Assembly (NCBI GenBank): GCA_008369845.1
Contig: MRSU01002564.1
Span: 1 to 37,462, forward strand
Origin: Trichomonas gallinae
Taxonomy: Eukaryota
Length of the DNA stretch: 37,462 nucleotides
Reading direction: 5' to 3'
Shown here: positions 29,813 to 37,462 of the stretch, piece after piece
Position numbering within the stretch: position 1 is the first letter of the stretch
Layout of the letters: every line of letters begins with the position of its first letter
Program-made: the position numbers and the translations under genes
Notes under the pieces: generated by a model
What the model was told of the DNA's origin: nothing
Seen by the model: the letters and a program-made list of their open reading frames with translations, nothing else
Databases searched by the model: none

Positions 29813-32653
29813 ATGAATTTGAGGCAAGTTAATGTAATACCTTCATCGCAGTTCTCTGCGCTCCTTGCCTCAGATGAGCTGCTTCAAGTTAACAACAATA
29901 CTATATCCATTGTGGACGTACATACAGGCTTTGTTAAAAATTTCAATTTTCTCCAATCAGCACCAAACGGATGCTACTACAACAACGAAATTCCGAACAA
30001 ATTAATCCTCACGTTCAAGAATAAAACAACAGGAATCGAATCTCTTCAGGTAATTGATCCATACACAGGAGAAAAATTCCGCGAAATCGTTTTGCACACA
30101 AACAAGGATGGCTTCAACCAAGTCTCTGTCGGCACCAATATATACTTCACTCTCAAAGCGAATCCAAACATTCTCTACTTCATGCCATTCCAAGATGGCC
30201 AAATTGCTCAGCTAGACATGCAAAACAAGATCAATGCAATCATCGCGCATCCAACAGAAAACAAATTTTACATCTATAAACGCGACGCTGATAAACAATT
30301 GTCTTTATTCAATTGCAAGGAAGGAACACCGGAATGGTCCCGTCCATTGAGCGAATACAAGTTCTTCAAGTTCGTGGGGACTCGCCTCGCTATTGGTTTC
30401 AACAATAACAGGATATTACTGACGGATGACGATTTCCTTAGCAACAGCAAAGATGTAACGACACCACACGGTACAACTCCAATAGACTGTGCAGAAAACA
30501 TCGCCATTTCAAGCGACGGCTTCATGTTTTCCACAGAAACAAACAAAGAATTTGGATCTGTCCTCACAGCTCAAAGCATCTTCACAAGGGGCTGCACAGT
30601 CGCTGTTGTGTCCTCCACTGATACTTATATCTATGAGGTTTCGCATCCTCCGCTTGCTTTTCAGCACAATCTTCAGCCGGGAATGCCATTCCATAAAGAT
30701 GTCACTTCCATCGATAGCCAGATCTTCTTCGCAACGGGCCCATCGCTTTTCTGCTTCAATACTTCAGGAAATGTTTCAATTACAAAATTCACAACAATTC
30801 AAAACGGTATTGTCGAAAAAGTTGCATACACACCAGCTATCACAGCTGTCCGCTACAAGACAAGCGAGGTCCAGTCGAAGAAAATCATGGTTTTCAGTAC
30901 CGGTACATTACAACGCGATGAAATTGGAATTGACTGCTGCGCTGGCTCAAATGGCGACTTATATCTTCTTACAGCTTCAGAAATCCTTGTTTTCACTAAA
31001 AAAGGAATTTCATTAACACAGAAAAGCAAATATCCAGCCCCAGACCACAGATTCAACACAATCTTTGCAGCTGGCGACGATATCGTCTTATACACATCAG
31101 AAACAGGTGAAGCTGCAGTTTTGAGAGATGGAAGATTAGTTCCATTCAGACTTCCACGCGAAGCGAAGATCATCAACTGGCCAGTGATCTGCACATCCGA
31201 CACATTGTACTACATCACTGCAAACCACAAACCGGAAGATCTCAGCCCGCAAGAAGATTTCGAGATATTCGAGTATTCAATTTCTAGCTGCGTTTGGTTC
31301 GGCTGGACATTGTTTGCTGTCATCGAGGATGGTTTGTACGCATTATCTGTCGTCAAATCTGATGACGGAACTTCCAAGCTCAACAAACGTAAAATCATGC
31401 GCTTGCCAAACAGCTCATGTGCAATCTGCGCAGTTTATCCATCAAGAATGGTTTTCGTGACAACTGTTCCTCAATTATCAGTTTTCACAGAAGAAAGACC
31501 AGTCTGCATCGATATACTGCCAGATGTCCCAGCAAAGGTCGATCCACAGATGTTCGCAAGACTTTTGGCGTTCTTACCAAAGAAGCCGATCGATCCTCTG
31601 CTTCTTAGGGACGCTCCTCCAATTGTATGCATCAGCGCATTCCTACACTGCGGCGTATCATCTGTCACACCGTTCGTCGCAGACATGTTCGCGAGGTTCG
31701 GTATTCTCCAGCAGCTCATTGCTTTTTGCGAGGATGAAAGCGACACCAGGCTCGTTGCAGAAAGGGCGAGAAAGTTCGGCCAGTTCAATTTATACGGCCA
31801 GCTTCTCGACATGATGGAAGACGGCAGCGCATTGCTGGAGCTTTACGTTATCCTTAGAGCAATTGACAACTTGCAGGGAATGGTAAAGAACTATCCGAAC
31901 TTGACTCCGTGCATCAAGCTGCTCGGCGTAGAACCGAACCCAGATGCAGAATATAAGCCGCTGATCGATCTCCCCCTGCCAAAGTGCAAGGAGCCAATTT
32001 TCGCCGCGCAAGAATACACGCTGTACATCGGTACATTGGAGGACGAGATCCAGCTGTTCCCGTCATCATTTGACGACTTGGAGAACTTCGGAAGACGCGT
32101 CCACGTTCTCACAGGCAGCGAGGCGGAGACGGCCAACGCAACATTATCGTCAACAGTCGAGGAACAGGCACCACCGGAGCCAGAGCCGGAGGACCCGAAC
32201 ATCGAGATCAAGGAGAAGCCGAAAGAGGACCCAGAGAAGGACATCAAGAAGCTTGCCCTCGATGCCTATTTCCAGGAAGACGACGAACCGAAGTCGACAG
32301 GCCCGCTCATGGATATCAAGATCAACACGGACGTGCAGAGGCCAACAGGTCCGAAGAAGCCAATCAAGATCGGCTTCCAGCTCAACATTGCCAACCAGCC
32401 GGCAACGAATACGAGGAGGCGCTCGACGACAACAAAGGTAAAGAGGAACGATTCAATGGAACTCGACCAACTCGGAGACTTGTCCACAACTTCACAAAGG
32501 AGGGCACAAGCTTCGAACTCACCATCCACAGATATGTTCGTCAGCTCTGATCCAATGGGCGCATTACCATCACTCAACGATGATAACAACGAAATCCAGA
32601 ATTCACCAATGAGTCAGGCTCCATTCCAGAGCTCTTTGTTCTTGGATATTTAA
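29813..32653 (+). CDS. Beta-propeller/alpha-solenoid protocoatomer-type protein with acidic/Pro-rich tail (TSET TTRAY/TWD40-like or coatomer-related)
   Basis: 946-aa ORF; WD-like blades (INAIIAHPTENKFY; ISSCVWFGWTLF); helical ARKFGQF...D...LLELYV; disordered C-terminus. The CDS is certain, the family is tentative. Confidence 0.8.
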   Translation: MNLRQVNVIPSSQFSALLASDELLQVNNNTISIVDVHTGFVKNFNFLQSAPNGCYYNNEIPNKLILTFKNKTTGIESLQVIDPYTGEKFREIVLHTNKDGFNQVSVGTNIYFTLKANPNILYFMPFQDGQIAQLDMQNKINAIIAHPTENKFYIYKRDADKQLSLFNCKEGTPEWSRPLSEYKFFKFVGTRLAIGFNNNRILLTDDDFLSNSKDVTTPHGTTPIDCAENIAISSDGFMFSTETNKEFGSVLTAQSIFTRGCTVAVVSSTDTYIYEVSHPPLAFQHNLQPGMPFHKDVTSIDSQIFFATGPSLFCFNTSGNVSITKFTTIQNGIVEKVAYTPAITAVRYKTSEVQSKKIMVFSTGTLQRDEIGIDCCAGSNGDLYLLTASEILVFTKKGISLTQKSKYPAPDHRFNTIFAAGDDIVLYTSETGEAAVLRDGRLVPFRLPREAKIINWPVICTSDTLYYITANHKPEDLSPQEDFEIFEYSISSCVWFGWTLFAVIEDGLYALSVVKSDDGTSKLNKRKIMRLPNSSCAICAVYPSRMVFVTTVPQLSVFTEERPVCIDILPDVPAKVDPQMFARLLAFLPKKPIDPLLLRDAPPIVCISAFLHCGVSSVTPFVADMFARFGILQQLIAFCEDESDTRLVAERARKFGQFNLYGQLLDMMEDGSALLELYVILRAIDNLQGMVKNYPNLTPCIKLLGVEPNPDAEYKPLIDLPLPKCKEPIFAAQEYTLYIGTLEDEIQLFPSSFDDLENFGRRVHVLTGSEAETANATLSSTVEEQAPPEPEPEDPNIEIKEKPKEDPEKDIKKLALDAYFQEDDEPKSTGPLMDIKINTDVQRPTGPKKPIKIGFQLNIANQPATNTRRRSTTTKVKRNDSMELDQLGDLSTTSQRRAQASNSPSTDMFVSSDPMGALPSLNDDNNEIQNSPMSQAPFQSSLFLDI

Positions 32654-32753
32654 TCTAAAAACGAGTTTTCTTTTGTATCAAAAATTTACATGACAAAAAT
32701 AATTTTATTTGGCAAATTAAAATTAAGGTTATTCGACACTTTTTAAATAACGA

Positions 32754-33215
32754 ATGTCTTCTGAAGAAATTGATGAAATCGCTCAGAAGTATCCACTTGT
32801 TTTCAAACACTCCAGGAACTATGCAGCTAAAATTATTCAGAAAGCATGGAACAAATACATGGCAAGAATTACTTATAAATATTTACTTCAATGTTGTCGC
32901 GATTTTGAACAGACTTTAAGTCCAAAAGAGCTGAGTCGTATATACCCAGAATTTTTGGAGTCAAGCGATAGTAAAATTAAAACAAAATTACAGATAAAAA
33001 TGCAAGGTACTTCATTTCCACCTTGTCTGGTTTGCAGGATTATATCTGACCAAACACCATCAGTTGATGGAAAGAAACATAGTCCGAAATGGATTCCTTT
33101 GTTTAATGCAGGCAATTCACCAAATGCAGTTGATCAGAAGTCCCTTGTTAGATTATATTTGGAAGCACAACACTTACATGACGAAGCTATTGGAAATCGT
33201 CAATCAAAATATTAA
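32754..33215 (+). CDS. IQ-motif protein, C11orf65/MFI (CXorf58-related) family-like
   Basis: AAKIIQKAWNKY IQ-like motif, then LQIKMQGTSFPPCLVCRI, resembling the family motif VRFRLGG.KFPP.IYYKI (recalled). Confidence 0.75.
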   Translation: MSSEEIDEIAQKYPLVFKHSRNYAAKIIQKAWNKYMARITYKYLLQCCRDFEQTLSPKELSRIYPEFLESSDSKIKTKLQIKMQGTSFPPCLVCRIISDQTPSVDGKKHSPKWIPLFNAGNSPNAVDQKSLVRLYLEAQHLHDEAIGNRQSKY

Positions 33216-33427
33216 TTCAATATTGTTTGTTTGTTTTATGTAGAATATATGCATACTCATACGTTTACACAACTATATTTGCTTGGAAAAATGGTTCTTG
33301 TCGATTTCTTAATATTTCATTGTTTTGCTTAGAGATAGCTTTTTGGATACAAAAACGCTATAAATCATCAATATTAACAAGCATTTCGGCTTTAAAGACG
33401 TTAAAGAAATTCAAAAAGTGAGTTTAT

Positions 33428-33505
33428 TTTTCTGGGCAAAACGATAATTTTCAATATCGCATTGAAAAATTGAGCCCGCTATTTGGTCGCGTAGCGGACC
33501 CTTAA
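33428..33505. mobile_element. Terminal relic of the same TTAA-flanked element family
   Basis: TTTTCTGGGCAAAACGATAATTT (21/23 identical to 16259-16281) and terminus AGCGGACCC|TTAA (8/9 identical to 80-88, plus TTAA). Left boundary not found. Confidence 0.45.
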
Positions 33506-33902
33506 GGAGGCCAACATTTTGAAAATTTGATTTTTTTTGTGATAAAACCTTCGAATTTCACCGAAGATGTATTTGTAAAAGTGAAACTATATGGATTTAC
33601 TAAATCCTCAGGTAAAAACCCCCCTAAAAAGTACAATAATGATATAGAAAAATTGTATTTCGTTTTGACGAATAAACATCATATTTGTCATGTAAAATAG
33701 TAAATTGTCAAAAATGTCAAATCGTTGATTTTAGTCTTATTTATGAATGAAATCGAGTCAAAAATCAATTTATTCTGTTGTTGTCCAACTGCAATGTAAT
33801 TTTTATATGGACAATGACTTCGAAGTCGTCTTAATCATGAAAAAATAATATTTATTCGATAACTGATCAAATATTTAGGGTGAAAAATACATGGTTAAAT
33901 TC

Positions 33903-36122
33903 TTAAGTAAATCCCTGAGGATCCTGACCTGGATCTTCGAACTCGTTAGCGAATGGATCGTCCTGTGCGTCCTGATTGTAGATTGGGTTATCATTCTCAA
34001 ATGTAGCGCCATTCTCGCCAAGGTTTTCAACATCCTCAGCGTTGAACTCTGCAGGTGGCTTTCTTGCCTCATGGACGATGATAATAATAGCGATCAAAGC
34101 AACAAGAGCTGCAACACCAGCTGCAATGCCAATGATCAACCAAATGCTCTTATTTTTATCGTTCTTTTTAATAACGCCTTGAACTGCAGCATTAACTTCT
34201 GGTGTTGGTGTTGGCACTGCATCTGTATTGATCATGATAGATGTCATAGTAATTATCCATGTCTTGGTTGGGTTTCCATTCTTGTCAGATGTAATTGTTT
34301 CTGTATATGTATTAGTATTGGAATTTGTTACTGGGCTGTTTGGATCATGTGGTGCTACAGAAGGGAATGGTGTTGGTGATGCGATAGGGTTTGTAGGTAG
34401 ATGTACAAGCGTGTAGTTGTAGTAAGCATATGGTGACACAGCGTCATTCTGGTCTTTAGCTCTGATTGTAATCTTCTTAAGACCCGGTGTTGGATTTGGT
34501 GGGATAAGGAGGTTAAGGGTGAAATTGATGCAAGTTCCATCAGCTACGACAGTAGCGAATTGAATAAAGCTATCAAGGGCATCAGCATCTGGTGGAAGAT
34601 ATTCAAGTGTGACAGTGTCGCCAATATCTTGATCTGATACGCAGCCTTTAATCTGAGTGAAGTTATTATAATAGTAATTAGGCATGCTGTTTGTTGTGTT
34701 ATACAATGTGATAACTGGTGCATGAAGTTCAGCATATGTGAATTTGTATGTGTATTCTTGCGATTTGATACCAAACTCATCTGTTGCCCAAATCTTAAGT
34801 GTGTGCTCTCCATAGTTGATGTTTTTGAGCGGGAATGTCTTTCTGAATGATAGCTCGTTACCGTTGCAATTTAATGGTTGATCAGCTTGATAGTAGAAGC
34901 CATCATCGAATTGATAAGTAATTTGAGCAGTTGAATCGTCCCAAACTCTACCTAAAACTTCGACGATACCACCTGTGTAATACTTCGGCTTTAAGGAATC
35001 TAAGATTGTAAGACGTGGAACCTGGTTAGCAAGAAGATCAATATTGATTAAGTTGGATTTAAGTCCATATCTATCAATTGCATAAATTGTTAATGGATAC
35101 TTACGGACTTGGGTTGCTCCAATGGGGACATAAAACGTAACAGTTGTTGGGTTGCCGTAATAAGCTACAAGATTTGGTATGGAGTTAGAGACTTTGACAT
35201 TTGATTCATTAATGTACTCCCAATAAAGTGTGATATTATCTTTATCTGGATCATCATCTGAAACCTTAACATTGATTTCAACTTTAGTGTTTGGAAGATT
35301 GTTGATTGTTGGCTCATTGGTAATTGTAACAACTGGTGGATTATGAATATCTTTTGCAAGACCTAGGAGGACACCAAAAGTAATTGTTTGTTTTGGATAA
35401 ATATCAGTGTTATTCCAGCCAAATGTAAATGCCGAATCAGTATTAAGTAGTGAAGCATAATTTAGTAAATTCGTCCAAAAATTAAGTTGAAATTCATAGT
35501 TAATGATATAATGACCATACCAAAATGTATCAACATTGCGAACTCCATAGCCGTCACGAACGATAAGAATGAGTGAAAGGCCTGATGGTTGACGACCATT
35601 ACTTGGTGTATTATCAGACATATTCAAACCACGAACTTGTTTGTTAGGACCAAAAATAGGATATACACTTGCGAAGTCGTTATAAGCAATTTGGATATCA
35701 GTGTATGAAGAAATTTTAACTTTGTGAGGGACATTATCGTTATTAGTCACGTTGAACTGAATGAGAACATAATCTGGTCCAATAGGTTGAGAAAGATTAG
35801 TCGTAAAAAGAACATTGTTCTTAATAAGTGTACCATTTTTTCCATCAGCACCTTTAAGGAAATCAAGCTGATCATCAACACCAACTCTAACCCACCAACC
35901 ATTATAAGCAAATGTTGTTTGAGATGGATATCCTGGAATAGAATATTCGATATCGAAATCTCCTATTGGACCTGGACGCCAGGTAAAACCATTTGTATCT
36001 TCGACCCATTTGTATGTGAATTTGGATGGTGGTGTTCCATTATAGGCAGGATTAAAAATACCTGGAACGTTATTAAATACATCGACCCATGCGAAGGATA
36101 AACAGTTGAACAGGAAAAACAT
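33903..36122 (-). CDS. Type I membrane surface protein with Ig/cadherin-like repeats (Bap-like), P/T-rich stalk and NPxY/acidic tail
   Basis: Signal MFFLFNCLSFA (ATG 36122; Inr TCATTT at 36128-36133); three repeats P.(V/L)TI...V.D.D...I.A.D..G..S; PTPFP/T-rich linker; TM IWLIIGIAAGVAALVALIAIIIIV; tail NDNPIY...DDPFANEF. Confidence 0.88.
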   Translation of the reverse strand: MFFLFNCLSFAWVDVFNNVPGIFNPAYNGTPPSKFTYKWVEDTNGFTWRPGPIGDFDIEYSIPGYPSQTTFAYNGWWVRVGVDDQLDFLKGADGKNGTLIKNNVLFTTNLSQPIGPDYVLIQFNVTNNDNVPHKVKISSYTDIQIAYNDFASVYPIFGPNKQVRGLNMSDNTPSNGRQPSGLSLILIVRDGYGVRNVDTFWYGHYIINYEFQLNFWTNLLNYASLLNTDSAFTFGWNNTDIYPKQTITFGVLLGLAKDIHNPPVVTITNEPTINNLPNTKVEINVKVSDDDPDKDNITLYWEYINESNVKVSNSIPNLVAYYGNPTTVTFYVPIGATQVRKYPLTIYAIDRYGLKSNLINIDLLANQVPRLTILDSLKPKYYTGGIVEVLGRVWDDSTAQITYQFDDGFYYQADQPLNCNGNELSFRKTFPLKNINYGEHTLKIWATDEFGIKSQEYTYKFTYAELHAPVITLYNTTNSMPNYYYNNFTQIKGCVSDQDIGDTVTLEYLPPDADALDSFIQFATVVADGTCINFTLNLLIPPNPTPGLKKITIRAKDQNDAVSPYAYYNYTLVHLPTNPIASPTPFPSVAPHDPNSPVTNSNTNTYTETITSDKNGNPTKTWIITMTSIMINTDAVPTPTPEVNAAVQGVIKKNDKNKSIWLIIGIAAGVAALVALIAIIIIVHEARKPPAEFNAEDVENLGENGATFENDNPIYNQDAQDDPFANEFEDPGQDPQGFT

Positions 36123-37462
36123 ATTTAAAATGATATAGGTATTCAATTATTTTTCTGAGTGAATTTATTTTTAATACGGTATTATTTTAACATATGTGTT
36201 AAGAAAAATAAAAATAGATTAATTTTGCATTCATGATCAAATTTCAATTTTGTGATCAATATGTATGACTTCATGAGTAGTATATTGAACTCAAAAGTTT
36301 TCACATACATTTTAGTTCTCAAAATTGAATTAAAGTAATGAATTTCATTTTTATTCAAATTAAATTTTTATTTTTGCGGAATATTGTTTTACAGGTAATT
36401 ATGAATAATATTTAAAACAGATGAAAATAATCATTTAAAAATTAACAGAAATATTTTTGTGTATTTTTACGAATTTCAAATGCTATTTGTTTGAAGAAAT
36501 AAACATTGGAATATCAATCTTAACTATATACATAGTCAATATTCACACTTAAAATTTCTGACATTCAATTAAATGTGAAAATAATTTATTATGACATTAC
36601 TGTATTATCTAAAATATGCCTATTTACACAAAATAATTTACTAAAAAATTATAATTTTATCTTAATTTTGAATTATTTTAATGAACATTTCATTATGTTA
36701 TAATTACACATAGTCAATATTATTAAAGATGTTTTCATTTCACGATCAACTCGAATTGTTATTATCATCACAAAACATAAATCGATTATTTACAGCTCAA
36801 AAATATAAAATTTTTATTATTCAAACGTCCATGATTATAATTTATTCTTATTGCAAATTAAAAATAATTACACCCGTAATTTATCTAAACACTTTTCAGA
36901 CAATATTTGCTGTTTACTCTCAATTTGTTTATTGTGTTTCATAATATATATGGTTTCTCATTGTTTTCTCAAATATTTTTCTCTGAAATACTCTCAAAAG
37001 TGTTTTATTTTTTTTTTTCTTTAGAATTACATTTACCTTATTTTTTCGAGATATGTGACGCAATACTTAATATGAAACAGCAGCAATATTCAATATTTTA
37101 ATATTTATCTAACTTACGAGCGATAAATTTTCTCCCGCCCATTGTCGTAGAATCATCACTTTTCATTTACAGGGTTGATATTTATCATCAATCAATGGGT
37201 TTTGTATAATTTGTAACCATTTTTCTAATTAAATTTTGTAACAAAAATCCACGAAGCACTATAAAATTTAATTCTTTTAAAATATTCAACTACCACATGG
37301 AAGGGATTCTATTCCTCTGTTTAGAATGAAAATTATTAAAATTTTCCAACTTCAAGTTGTGTTTTTATAAAATTAAAACATAAAATGTTCATATGATTTA
37401 TATTTTATATGTTTCTTTTTGCACGGTTTGAAAAAAAAAAAAAAAAAAAAAAACGTATGTTT

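Noticed and set aside
37421..37462. A23 tract followed by CGTATGTTT (retroposon tail, GTATGT splice donor or next-gene ATG at 37457)
   Set aside because: Truncated by the window edge; most simply the A-rich leader of the next gene, and cannot be resolved here.

Overview
AT-rich, gene-dense eukaryotic DNA with the standard genetic code and no intron needed to explain any gene. TCA(Y)T initiators just upstream of ATGs, CCTTT (M5) elements at ribosomal-protein genes and typical family content point to a parabasalid, most likely Trichomonas (inference). About 20 protein genes: class I-type PI3K, ML/NPC2-domain protein, ERGIC-53/VIP36-like lectin, RPS16, divergent Sec23/24, NOC3, a CK2-alpha-like kinase, meiotic MSH5, a degenerate kinase, an ankyrin protein, RPS27, an ER-type DnaJ, two large beta-propeller proteins (one TSET/coatomer-like), LZTFL1, a C11orf65/MFI-like IQ protein, an Ig-like type I surface protein and several hypotheticals. 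The most striking non-coding signal is an 11-bp element, TG(A/T/C)CA(C/T/A)GTAAA. It occurs at most promoters in either orientation, often in arrays spaced about 19-22 bp and embedded in 90-165 bp degenerate tandem repeats. Also seen: relics of a TTAA-flanked (Kolobok-like) DNA transposon/MITE family, a 114-bp fold-back downstream of RPS27, and a gene with TTG where its ATG is expected. Several ORF-track starts were moved to downstream ATGs. Family calls come from recognised motifs, not database searches.
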